A DNA stretch of 64,000 nucleotides from an uncultured delta proteobacterium (GTDB lineage Bacteria; Myxococcota_A; Polyangia; Haliangiales; Haliangiaceae). The stretch lies in NCBI GenBank assembly GCA_963743525.1, contig CAVUQH010000005.1, forward strand, positions 96,001 to 160,000. Reading direction: 5' to 3'. The notes beneath the pieces were generated by a model, which was given only the letters and a program-made list of their open reading frames with translations, had not been told where the DNA came from and made no database searches. Shown in pieces: positions 23,485 to 33,787 of the stretch. The stretch's first letter is position 1, and every line of letters starts with the position of its first letter. The translations under genes and the position numbers were made by a program.

Positions 23485-26286
23485 CTACTTCGACAGCCAG
23501 ACCGCTCGCCGGGGCGGCGGCGCGGTGTCGTCGAGCTCGACGCGGGTCCCCGACGCGGTGCCGCTGGTTGCGGTCTGGGTCGCGTTGCCACTGGCGACGT
23601 AGGCGCTGCCCGAGCTCACATCCACCGAGCCGGCGCCACCCACGACGACGATGGACGACGAGACGGTGCCCGTATCCAGACTGACCCGGACCACCTGGCC
23701 GCTGCTGCTCGTGTCGGTGCCGTAGCTCGAGAAGTCGTTGACGCTGGCGCTGTCGGTGGTGACGAAGATTTCGTCGCCCGAGACCTGCGCCTGCGAGTAG
23801 ACGCGGTTGCCGGCGCCCAGGTCGGTGGCCAGGTGGATCAGCCCGCCGCTGCTGGTCGAGCTCAGCGGTGTGCTGGTGGGCGCGCTCATCAGCGAGATCG
23901 AGACCAGGTACTGGTGGGTCGAGGACGGTGACCAGGTCAGCGAGGTCCCGGTCCCCGACGCGCCCAGATCGTCGGCGTAGCCACCCGACGCCACCGCCAC
24001 GTATTGCCCGACGCCGTCGGAGTAGACGGTCGGCGGCGCCCCTATTGGGTGATAGTCGGACGAGAACTGGTACAGCGCCTTGCACGCCGATGCCACGCAC
24101 GGGTTGCTGCTGGGCGAGCTGCCGTAGCGGCTGCGGCCGGTGGTCGCGTCGAGCTGGAACAGGTTGCCGTAGAGCGTCGCCACCAGGATATCGGTGAAGT
24201 AGCCGGTGTTGTTGGGGTCGATTGCGGCGACGCCGCCGGGAACGCCGGTCGCCGGCACGTCGAGGCTCACCGACCGCGGCGACGGATAGAGATAGTTCCA
24301 TTCCCACACCACCGCGCCGGTCTCGGTGTTCAGCGCAAAGACGTTGGTGCCGGCGCCGGCGGTGCCGCCGTTGTTGGTCTGAACGATGGTGAGGTCAACG
24401 GCGCTGTTGGCGATGCTGACCGGCCCCATGGCCACGTTGAGGCCCACTCCCAGCTCGTAGCCGCTGCGCGACGAAGGCGTGGTGTACTCCCAGACAATCG
24501 ACGGATCGGTCGGGTCGGTGACGTCCAGCGCGTAGACCGCGGGCGTGGCGCCCGACGTGCTCGGATCGCCGCCGCCGGTCTGAAAGGTCAGGATGGTGCG
24601 GAACGCGTTCTGCCCGGTGCTGTCGAAGTCGCCGTAGACATCGGTCACCTTGGGCGACCCGTTCACCCGTGCGCTGTTGGTGCGCAGATAGGGCAACTCG
24701 GTGCGGGGAAGGAACGCCCACAGCTCGACCCCGAGCTGGGTGCACGCGCCGGTCACCGAGGCGCAGATCGCGTGCAGCATGCCGTCGCGGCCGCCCACGT
24801 AGGCGATCGTCGGGCGGCTGCCACCGCCGGCGGCTACCGTGCTGGCTTCGATGACCGCGGGTGTCGACCGATCGATGCCGCCCAGGGTCGGCGACGAGGT
24901 TCCATCCGACTTCAACCCGAGCACGCGCCTGAGCACCTCTTCCTGGGCGCCCGTGTCGGTGATGCCCAGGAGCGACCCGACCGACGAGCTGTTGCTCTCT
25001 TCGATGATGGTGCGCGTCGGACGCAGCCCGCCGGCGACGTTGGTGAACACCGTCCGGCAGCTGGTGCTGAAGCGGGCGCAGCCACTGCCGGTCCACGCGT
25101 TGGTCGCCGGCGGGATCAGCTCGGCGGCGTCGAAGACCGGTGACGCCACCTCCGACAGCAGGGTCGCGGTGCTGCTGACCGAGCCCACGGGAATCGCGCG
25201 GAAGTGGCCCTTGACCGCCGGGAAGGTCCAGGACTGCGCGTCCGACAGCGTCGCGCTGGACGCCAGCGTCGGCGCGGTCGTCGGCGGGTCGGTCGCCTCG
25301 TAGCTGCCCGTGTACTGGGACAGGGTGCTGCCGGCATAGGCGATGATCGGCGAGGAGCGGGAGACCTCGATGGTCTCGGGGTCACAGCTGAAGCCGCCGC
25401 CTTCGAAGGCGCCGAGGGCCCGGTCGTAGTGGATCTCGGCTCCGCCGGTGGCGTCAACCGTCTCGCCGACGATGGCGCCGTAGAAGTCCGCGTTGCCCGC
25501 GACCTTGACCGGCGTGTCCGGCGCGTAGACGGCAAAGGCCGACTGGGTGCCGCCCGTGACCTTGATGTCGGTGGCCGCCGGGCCGACCATGAACACCAGG
25601 TCGGTCGCCTTGAGCGACGGGTTCGACACCGTTCCGCCGGTCAGATCCATGCTGGTCGTGATGTAGACCAGGACCGGGGCCGACGCGACCTGGAGGTCGG
25701 CGTTGCCGTTGAGGGTGATCGAGTCCATGACGTAGGTGCCGGCGCTGAGGATCAGATGCGAGTGCGCGCCGATGCTGACCGAGCCGTAGGTCTCGTTGGG
25801 CGTGAGGTTCACGGTCTTGTGCGAGCCCGAATTCACGTTCCCCTGCGGCGTTCCCACCGTCGGGATCGTCACGCTGGGCAGGTCGACGTTGGTCGACTGC
25901 GGTGACGAGGTTCCGTTGATGGTGCTGGCGCCCGGGGAAACACCCGAGGAGGTCGAGCAGCCCGCGCCGATCTTGACGTCACCATTGATGGTCGTCGGCG
26001 CGCCGTTCAGAGTGACCGCCGTCGGGGTGGTGCATCCGTTCGATCCAATGTTGCCGTTGCTGTCGGCGTGCGTGGTGGCGTACGTGCCCGGCGGCGTGGA
26101 ATCATAGCTGTCAGTCGTCGCGCCGCCGCCGAACGTGACGCTGTTCTTGCCGAAGGCCGCGTTGTCGAAGCCGGGTACGCAGCTGCCGGCTTCGGCGGGC
26201 GAAGCGTCGAGCGTCAGCGTGGCGGCGACGAGCGACAGCAGGAGGATGAATACACGACGAGCCGTCGGCGCGCAGGGGAGCACCAT
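23485..26286 (-). CDS. pilY1: PilY1-like adhesin B (signal peptide, beta-helix-like head, PilC/PilY1 beta-propeller)
   Basis: AYVGGRDGMLHA, ELWAFLP, VNGSPKVTDV, VYALDVTDP...WE; paralogous to 29190..32727. Confidence 0.75.
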   Translation of the reverse strand: MVLPCAPTARRVFILLLSLVAATLTLDASPAEAGSCVPGFDNAAFGKNSVTFGGGATTDSYDSTPPGTYATTHADSNGNIGSNGCTTPTAVTLNGAPTTINGDVKIGAGCSTSSGVSPGASTINGTSSPQSTNVDLPSVTIPTVGTPQGNVNSGSHKTVNLTPNETYGSVSIGAHSHLILSAGTYVMDSITLNGNADLQVASAPVLVYITTSMDLTGGTVSNPSLKATDLVFMVGPAATDIKVTGGTQSAFAVYAPDTPVKVAGNADFYGAIVGETVDATGGAEIHYDRALGAFEGGGFSCDPETIEVSRSSPIIAYAGSTLSQYTGSYEATDPPTTAPTLASSATLSDAQSWTFPAVKGHFRAIPVGSVSSTATLLSEVASPVFDAAELIPPATNAWTGSGCARFSTSCRTVFTNVAGGLRPTRTIIEESNSSSVGSLLGITDTGAQEEVLRRVLGLKSDGTSSPTLGGIDRSTPAVIEASTVAAGGGSRPTIAYVGGRDGMLHAICASVTGACTQLGVELWAFLPRTELPYLRTNSARVNGSPKVTDVYGDFDSTGQNAFRTILTFQTGGGDPSTSGATPAVYALDVTDPTDPSIVWEYTTPSSRSGYELGVGLNVAMGPVSIANSAVDLTIVQTNNGGTAGAGTNVFALNTETGAVVWEWNYLYPSPRSVSLDVPATGVPGGVAAIDPNNTGYFTDILVATLYGNLFQLDATTGRSRYGSSPSSNPCVASACKALYQFSSDYHPIGAPPTVYSDGVGQYVAVASGGYADDLGASGTGTSLTWSPSSTHQYLVSISLMSAPTSTPLSSTSSGGLIHLATDLGAGNRVYSQAQVSGDEIFVTTDSASVNDFSSYGTDTSSSGQVVRVSLDTGTVSSSIVVVGGAGSVDVSSGSAYVASGNATQTATSGTASGTRVELDDTAPPPRRAVWLSK

Positions 26287-26317
26287 GTCACTATGCTACC
26301 GAACGAGAGAGAGTTCA

Positions 26318-27274
26318 GTGAGGGTTCTTTCAGTCTTGTCGATTGTGGTGGGCGGTGCGCTCGTCAGCGGTGGCAGCTGCCGCCGTGAGCACACACACGC
26401 ACCTCCACCTCCGTACCGCGATGTCTTCGCCGTCAACGCCCACGACGCGTTGGCCGTGCGATCGGGCGGATCGAAAACGCTGATCGAGTGGGTGAACATC
26501 CGACGTGGCATCCGCTGGCGCGCCAGCGTGCCTCGCTATGCGGGCAGCCCGCAGGTGCCGGGGCTGGCGGCGTCGGACAAGGTCGTCTTGCTGCGCGTGG
26601 TGTCGCGCGGCGGGGCCGACCAGGTAGTCCTGAATGCCACCGATGGCAGCGTCGAGCGCACCGTGCATCTGACGCAGGGATGGCCGAGCTCACCCTCCGG
26701 CTACTCGCTCGATCCGGCGATGACCGTGCCCGGCGAGCAACGCTGCTACCAGCTGGTCGGCGACGAGCACCGCGGCGCGGTGGTCGCGGTGTCGCTGGAC
26801 GATGGCCGCGCCGAGTGGCGCCACGACGTGGCGGGACGAATCGATCTCGCCGTGGAGGTCGGCTCGCGCCTCGCGCTGGTGGTCGCAGGCAAGGTGGAGC
26901 TCCTCGATGCAGCCACCGGCAATCCGGTCTCCGCGGGCCCCAAGGTGCGGGTCCACGTCGGCGGTGGCCGGGATGGTCCGTACTCGCTCACGTCCGACCT
27001 GGGTGCGCTACTGGTGTCGGGGCTCCCCCGGACACGCCCGTCCGGGCTCGAGCTGGCCTTCGATCCCGGCGCGCACGCCCTGACCAGCTTCGATCGGGTG
27101 AGCCAGGCCCGGCTGGGAACCCTGCCGTGGCCCGCCGGCGCGCTGGCACCGGAGCCGCATCACTATCGAGACGAGTCGCTGTGGCTGGTCTTTCCCGACC
27201 ACCTCGCCGTCCTCGATCCGCGCACCCTGCACCTTCGGGCGACGCTCGGGCGCGCGCCATCCAGCTCGAACTGA
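26318..27274 (+). CDS. Putative lipoprotein with PQQ-like beta-propeller repeats
   Basis: Lipobox-like ALVSGGS-C; LNATDG, SLDDGRAEWR, LDAATG repeats. Confidence 0.6.
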   Translation: MRVLSVLSIVVGGALVSGGSCRREHTHAPPPPYRDVFAVNAHDALAVRSGGSKTLIEWVNIRRGIRWRASVPRYAGSPQVPGLAASDKVVLLRVVSRGGADQVVLNATDGSVERTVHLTQGWPSSPSGYSLDPAMTVPGEQRCYQLVGDEHRGAVVAVSLDDGRAEWRHDVAGRIDLAVEVGSRLALVVAGKVELLDAATGNPVSAGPKVRVHVGGGRDGPYSLTSDLGALLVSGLPRTRPSGLELAFDPGAHALTSFDRVSQARLGTLPWPAGALAPEPHHYRDESLWLVFPDHLAVLDPRTLHLRATLGRAPSSSN

Positions 27275-27799
27275 TCAGTTGGCGTTGCCGGTGTTGCCCG
27301 AGCCTTGCCCGGACTGGTTCCGGTAGACCTGGTTGCCCATGTTGTAGACGACCAGCTCCAACACCTCGCGCGGCGTCTCCGGGTACTTCAGGCACTTGGA
27401 GACGATGAAGATCTTCAGGTCGTTGTCGCGGGTGGTGTCGTTGGCCGCCGGCGGCAGCTCGTCGTCGTTGTCCTTGACCGTCACCTCGTAGTCGGCGATG
27501 CCGTCGGGCGGATCGTCGATGTCGCCGCGGATCGGGTACCAGCTGGGATCGTTCGACGTGTCGGTGTCGAGGATGTCGTTCCACAGGGCGTAGTTGGCGC
27601 CCATGATGGTCTTGCCCTGGGACAGCCCGGCTTCGGCGCAGAACAGCGACGCGCGCGCCTGCGAGACCAGGCCGACCTGCTTGGTCGAGGACATCTGCAG
27701 GTTCAGCACTACCGCGGCGCCGGCCAGCAGGGCGACGAGGATGATGAGCACCAGCACCATGACGCTGCCTCGCTGGCGCATCGGTGGGCGACGAGTCAC
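27275..27799 (-). CDS. pilX: PilX-like minor pilin
   Basis: QRG|SVMVLVLIILVALL (no E+5, typical of PilX), SLFCAEAGL; GTGA overlap with pilW. Confidence 0.8.
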   Translation of the reverse strand: MTRRPPMRQRGSVMVLVLIILVALLAGAAVVLNLQMSSTKQVGLVSQARASLFCAEAGLSQGKTIMGANYALWNDILDTDTSNDPSWYPIRGDIDDPPDGIADYEVTVKDNDDELPPAANDTTRDNDLKIFIVSKCLKYPETPREVLELVVYNMGNQVYRNQSGQGSGNTGNAN

Positions 27800-28795
27800 G
27801 GCGAGCCCTCCAGGTTGCGGATCTCGACCGTGGCCGACAGCACGCGGCGGCGGTACGGATCCAGGGTCGAGGCGGCGGCGTGGTCTTCGGCCGCGGGTCG
27901 TTGGTTGGTGGCCTGCGTGCTCTGCTCGGTGAACGTGCGGCCGACCACGGTGATGCGCAGCGCGCGCGGCGGTGTGGTGGTGATGAGCGGCGGCGCGGCG
28001 TCGCCGGCGGCGTTGTAGAACCACTCGTCGCCCGTGCTCGCCGGTGTCGGCCAGGCTGCCGTCACCGTCGATATCGACGCCCACCGCGACCTGGAAATCC
28101 TCGATGCCGCCGGCCAGCGGCTCGGCCGCCGCCGGACCGTCGCCGTCCGGGTCCACCATCATGGTCGGCAGGTAGTCGACCGCGGCCGACGAGTCGACGT
28201 AGAAGCGGCTCACTTGCGCGCGCAGGACCAGGTCGCCGGCGGCGTAGTCCCCGGTGGGGAAGACCACGCCGCTGCACAGCGACGACGGCGAGCCGGTGAG
28301 GGTGACGACGTACTCGCTGCCCGACGGCTGCACGTCGGAGACCTCGAGGATGTGGCCCTTGTCCAGGTTGGTGACGATGATGTAGTCGCCGGCGCGCAGC
28401 TCAGAGCCGTCGAGCACGGTGAGCGAGCTGTCGGACGCGGTGAATGGCGCGCGCAGCGAGGTGACGACGCCGCCGATGGCGTGGATGACGTCCAGCTGGT
28501 CGGGCCCGGTGCTGGAGTTGGTCACCTTGAGGCCGCCGGTGCCGCTGCAGCCGACCAGATCCTGCAGGTCCGAGCGGGGCACGCCGGGGCTGGCGTTGCG
28601 TATGGTGTCGGTGATGATGTCGAGCACGGCGCGGGCGTTGCGCTCGGCCACGGCGGTGCGCCGGCTGTCCTGGTAGGCGTTGGTCAGCGTGCCGGCCATG
28701 CGCAGCACACCGCCGATGACGATGGTCATGATGATCAGCGAGACCATCATCTCGATCAGCGTGAAGCCGCCTTGCGCCGCGCGCGGTTGGGTCAC
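27796..28795 (-). CDS. pilW: PilW-like minor pilin; frameshift near 28040
   Basis: QGG|FTLIEMMVSL; PLAGGIEDFQV; continues into ORF 27796..28065 (RALRITVVGRT...VEIRN). Confidence 0.82.
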
Positions 28796-29193
28796 TGCGT
28801 CCTCTGCGTCCGGTAGGTGATCGAGTGAGTCTCCGAGCCCTGCTCGAGCCAGCTGACCACCAGGGTCACCGTGGCCAGGCTGCTCGACCAGCTGACGGTC
28901 CAGGTGCGGGTGAAGATGCCGTTGGCCGTGAGATTGCCCTGGGCGTCGACGGTGTCGGAGCCGTTGACCAGGTTGGCGATCGAGGTGGTCCGCATCTCCT
29001 CCATCTTGGCCTCGCCCAGCACCGCCGCCTCGCCGGCGTGGCGCGAGTAGGAGGAGGCCTGCGACGACACCAGCTGCACGCTGAGCACGCCGGACAGACC
29101 GATCAGCATCACCGTGAGCGCGATCAGGAGCTCGATCAGGGTGAAGCCGCGCTGGGCGGTGCGGCCGCGCAGCCGCTGGCAGCCGGGTGTCAC
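28792..29193 (-). CDS. pilV: PilV-like minor pilin
   Basis: QRG|FTLIELLIAL; KMEEMR; FTRTWTV; VSW. Confidence 0.85.
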   Translation of the reverse strand: MTPGCQRLRGRTAQRGFTLIELLIALTVMLIGLSGVLSVQLVSSQASSYSRHAGEAAVLGEAKMEEMRTTSIANLVNGSDTVDAQGNLTANGIFTRTWTVSWSSSLATVTLVVSWLEQGSETHSITYRTQRTQ

Positions 29194-32100
29194 TGAATTC
29201 TCAGCCATAGCTTGCGCGATGCCGTCGGCTCGTAGGATAGCTCTACTCCCTGACCGGACGCGTCGAAGTCACTCGAGAAGTCGACCTTTCGCGCCGAGTC
29301 ACCCGAGCCGATGTGCGCCACCCCGGTCGCGGTAACGTCTGCAGAGCTGGCACCACCACCGATACCGGTGATGTACACCGGTGAGCTCGAGCCGTCGAGT
29401 TTGTAGCGAGTCAGCTGGCCGGTGCCCGTGGTCGTGCCGTAGGACGACGCGTTGACGTCACCCGAGTCGGTGGTCACGAACAGCTCGTTGCCGGAGATGA
29501 CTGCCTGGCTGTAGGCCCGCTGGCCCACCCCCAGGCTGATGACGAACAGCCGCTCGCCGCCGTAGTCGGTGCCGGTGTCGCCCATCGTCGCCACGGCGAC
29601 CGGAGCGTCGAGGTCGACGGCCACCGCGTACTGCTCGACCGTGGACGGCGCCCACGACGAGTTGACCGGGTCGGCATAGCCACCGGAGACCACCAGCGCC
29701 GCGTACTTGCCGGTCGACTGGTCGACGAAGATGGTCGGCGACGCGCCGATCGGGTGGAAGTCGCTGTCGAAGCTGAACAGCGGCGTGTCGGTGCCGTAGC
29801 GGCTGGTGCCGTCGGTGGCGTCGAGGACGAACAGATCGCCGTATAGATCGGTCACGGCGATGTCGGTGATCGTACTGCTGTTGTTCTTGTCGAAGGCGGC
29901 GACGCCGCCGGGGATGCCGGTGGCCGGCACCGGCGGGTTGTTGCTGCTGTCGCGCGCGGACGGGTACAGGTGCTCGAACGGCGTGCTCCAGATCGCCTCG
30001 CCGGTGGCGCTGTTGTAGGCCTGCACGCGGATGCCGGCGCCGCCGGTGCCGCCGTTGTTGGTCGACACGAAGGTGGCGTAGATGATGTCGGAGCCGACCT
30101 TGACCGGCCCCATCGCCAGGCCGATGCCGACGCCTTGCTCGACGCTGCCGCGGGTGGACGGCGTCTTGACCTCCCACAGGATCTGCGGATCCTCGGGGGC
30201 GGTGACGTCCAGCGCGATGACGCCCGGCTCGTTGTCGGCGAAGCCGGGGTCGCCCGAGCCGGTCTGGAAGGTGACGATGGTGCGCCACTCCTTGCTGCCG
30301 CTGCCGGAGAAGTCGGCGAAGACGTCGGCGACCTTGGGCGAGCCGTCGATGCGCTGGGTGTTGGTCGACACGCGCGGCAGCTGGTTGCGCGGCAGGTAGG
30401 CCCACAGCTCCTGGCCCTTGGCCTGACACGGGCCCAGGACCTCGGCGCAGAAGGCGTGAATCATGCCGTCGAGAGCGCCGACGTAGATCATCGTCGGCCG
30501 CAGCTTGCCGGCCAGCGGGCTCGACTCGATGACCGCCATGGTCAACCGGTCGACGCCGCCGAGCTTGGGCTCGTAGTTGCCGTTGGAATCCTTGCGTCCG
30601 GCCAGGACCCGCGAGATCAGCGTCTCGGCCTCGGTGTCGGTGAGCGTGGGCCCCATCAGCGGCTTCAGCTGATCGACGTTGCCGGTGGTCAAGCATGATG
30701 CGGTCGGGATTCTGGCCGTCGGTGATGTTGGTGAACACCGTGCGGCAGCCGTAGGCGAAGGTCGACGCGCAGCCGGCCGGGTCGGCCGGCGGGATGCCGT
30801 CGGCGGCGTCGAAGTAGACGCCACCCAGCTGGTCGAACGCAGTGTCGCTGCTGGAGATCTGCGAGGTGTCGACCGCGCGCAGGTGGCCCAGCGTGTACGG
30901 GAACTCGAAGGTCGAGTCACTGGCCGTGCCGGTATAGCTGGGCACCGCGGGCGGCGGGTCGTACAGCTCGTAGGTGCCCTGGTACTGGGCCTCGACGCCG
31001 CCCACGGTAGCCACGATCGGCGACGACCGCGACACCTCGGTGGTGGTGTAGGTACCCTGCGAGACCGTCGCCACCGGCAGCGCGATCAGCGCGTTGAGGA
31101 TCATGCGCAGCTGCGACGGGTTGTTGTTGACCTGGTTGCCGCCCATGTAGAAGGCGATGCCGTCTTCCGGGTCGCTGTCGTGGCGGACGTAGGTCGCGGT
31201 GTCGAGGACGTCGGCGGTCGAGCTCTGGGCGAAGATGTCGCACGACGAGTCCGACTTGTGGTTGGTGCACAGGGTGTTGCCGCTGCCACTGGCGTCCTCG
31301 GTGACCAGGCGCATCAGCGTGCCGCTGGCGCCGGTGTGCACCGGGTCGTAGCCGGTGGCGCCGTTGGTCCAGTAGTACCAGCTGGCCGCGCCGCCCTGGG
31401 CGAACTCGGTGGGGATGTCGCCCCACTGCATGAACACGCTGCTGGGATAGCGGAGGATGAGCGGCTCGGACACCGCGCTGGTCGACGTGACCAGGCCGGC
31501 GCCGGAGTTCTTGAGGCCCTGGTACTGCAGGTTGGCGCAGCCCTCGACCACACCCACTGCCTTCTCCATGAACAGCACGTGGCCACCGGCGCGAACGCCG
31601 GGCTGGTGGGTCATGAACTCGTCGAGCTTCTGGTCCTGCGTGGTCTCGGCAACGGTGCCGCACGGTGAGTTGTCCGACCAGTTGTCGATCCAGGCCCAGC
31701 CGAAGTTGCCGTTGACCAGCGCGCCGGACTGGATGTCCGACTCGGTGATGTCGCAGTAGACCGCGTCCGACGGGGTGAAGGTGCCGGTCTTGCACGCGGG
31801 CGAGTCGGCCGGCGAGTCGAGCTTGGCCATCTTCAGCCAAATCGCCGACACGCCTGCGGGCGACTGCCGGGCCACGCGCGGCGGGGTGTAGTCGATGCGC
31901 ACCGCCACCGGCAGAGTGCCGCTGTGTGGCACGCTGTAGCTGGGCGCGGTGGTGGTGAAGTCCTGATAGGCGAACGTCGCGCCGTTCTGCACCTCGTACA
32001 GGTCGACGTCGCTGAAGTCGTAGTGCGAATCGCCGGCGAAGCCGGAGTAGGCGCCCTGGCGCTTCCACAGGTCGTTGAACGCCGCGCGGTCCTCGGCGGC

Positions 32101-32727
32101 GATGACGAAGGCGCCGCCGCGGACCGGGAACTCCTGCCTGTCGTACGAGCCGGAGACCGTGCTCAGCGTGCTGGAATTCAGGCGCAGCACCGGCGGGGTG
32201 CAGCCGCTGCCGCAGCTGTTCAGCGAGTCGCCGCTCTCCAGCGCCGTCGCCCCCGAGCTGAGGACCCAGAAGTCGATGTCGCTGGTGATGTACGTCTGAC
32301 TGTTTGCGTTCTGGCTGGCGGTCAGCGCCGGCGGGTCCTTGGTCGGGTTGATCACCCAGTAGACCGGGATGCCGTTCTGCATCAACCGGTAGACCAGGCC
32401 GTAGGCCTCGAAGATGCCGTCGTCGGCGCTCGACGGGCTGTCGTCGCACCAGGCGGGCGAGCTCGAGCTGGGCGGGCCCTCGGTACCGCTGGTGGCCATG
32501 CGCTGGTGGCAGCGGTCCATCGGGATGATGATCGGCTTGTCGGTCGACACCGCGGAGAAGGCGCGGTAGCAGCAGCTGTCGACGTTCGACGAGTCGTCGC
32601 ACTGGCTGAGGGTTGGCCCGCAGGTGGCGAAGTCGATCTGCTGAGCCGCCGCGATCCGCGGCGAGGCCGTCCAGACCAGCGCGCCGGCGACGGCGCCGAT
32701 CCGCAAATAGGGTTTCAAAGACATCAC
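29190..32727 (-). CDS. pilY1: PilY1-like adhesin A; frameshift near 30690
   Basis: Signal peptide; head with AYGLVYRLMQNGIPVYWVINP; propeller IYVGALDGMIHAF, ELWAYLP, IDGSPKVADV (ORFs 29458..32727 and 29190..30920). Confidence 0.78.
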
Positions 32728-33263
32728 CAGCCCCCTCGCTTGTGCGCCGAGCCGCTCGCTCGGTAGAAAATCACGCGGACCTTGTCGCGGCTGTTGTCAT
32801 CGGTGATGAACACGCTGGCCGCGGTGGCCTGCCCGTCGGGAGAGAAGTCGATCGCGCCCGGCAGCCCGTCGCCTTCGGACGGCACGCTGTCGTTCGCCTG
32901 CAGGTGCGTGGCCGCGTCGAACGACGCGATCTTGATGTGGCCGGGGACGCTCATGCTCTCGACGTAGACCCAGCTGGTCGGCGCTGACAGTCCCTCCGTC
33001 GACGCCTCCCAGAAGTAGATGCCGGTGCTGCGAACGTCCATGCGTTGCCACTTGCGCGTGGCCCCGGCGCGCATGCGCGCGGTCTCCGCCTCGGCCACGA
33101 TCTGATCGCCGTACCCGCTCGCGGTGTCCGCGTAGCGCTGGGTCGACATGCTGGCGAGCGCCAGCGCAGACAGCACGCCGATCAACACCACGACGACCAT
33201 CAGCTCGGTCAGGGTGAACCCGGACTGAGTCGACGCACGGGGGGACTGGGCGAGCAAGGGCAC
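32724..33263 (-). CDS. fimU: FimU/FimT-like minor pilin
   Basis: QSG|FTLTELMVVVVLIGVL; ARMRA; IDFSPDG; GGGAGAG RBS before GTG 33263. Confidence 0.82.
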   Translation of the reverse strand: MPLLAQSPRASTQSGFTLTELMVVVVLIGVLSALALASMSTQRYADTASGYGDQIVAEAETARMRAGATRKWQRMDVRSTGIYFWEASTEGLSAPTSWVYVESMSVPGHIKIASFDAATHLQANDSVPSEGDGLPGAIDFSPDGQATAASVFITDDNSRDKVRVIFYRASGSAHKRGGW

Positions 33264-33390
33264 CTCTCCCTCTGTTGCACGAGCCGGCGGCACGGTTGCT
33301 TAAACTTTGCCGCGATTACAGCATTTTCTCAAGAAGTATCCCCGGCGGTGGCCACGCGCACATGGCGCGGATCTACCTACCCGGGCGCAC

Positions 33391-33777
33391 TTACAGAATC
33401 ACCAGCTCGCGCTCGATCGTCTCCTTGAGGAACTGTTGCCGCAGTTGCGGATCGAGTCGCTCGATGATCGACAACAGCTGGTCGAGCGGCTCGTTGAGCT
33501 GCTCGAATTCGATGCCGAAGCCCTGCAGCATGCGCGTGTTCAGCACCCGGGCAATTCGCCCGCGGCCTTCGCACATGAAGTCCGGTTTGGCGCGGAAGCA
33601 GGCCACCAGCTCGCTGCCCAGCTCGACCTGGGCCTTGGTCTTGACGAAGATGCCGCCGCGGCCCAGATCCATGATGATGCCGCGTGCTTTCTTGCGTCGG
33701 CGGCGCAGGCGCACGACCACGCGCAGCCGCAACGGGTAGCGCGGATACCTTCGCCGGTCGCTTCCTGTCGCGGTCAA
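33391..33777 (-). CDS. Stand-alone PilZ domain protein
   Basis: DRRRYPR (RxxxR), MDLGRGGIFV, GFGIEF; start uncertain. Confidence 0.8.
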   Translation of the reverse strand: MTATGSDRRRYPRYPLRLRVVVRLRRRRKKARGIIMDLGRGGIFVKTKAQVELGSELVACFRAKPDFMCEGRGRIARVLNTRMLQGFGIEFEQLNEPLDQLLSIIERLDPQLRQQFLKETIERELVIL

Positions 33778-33787
33778 CGGATCCGGT

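Noticed and set aside
27275..28795. PilW-PilX fusion protein (506-aa ORF)
   Set aside because: Produced by the frameshift near 28040; the true PilW C-terminus and a separate PilX start are both visible.
33297..33313. Sigma-54 promoter upstream of fimU (GG-N10-GC on the minus strand)
   Set aside because: The spacing fits but the match to TGGCACG-N4-TTGC is too weak.
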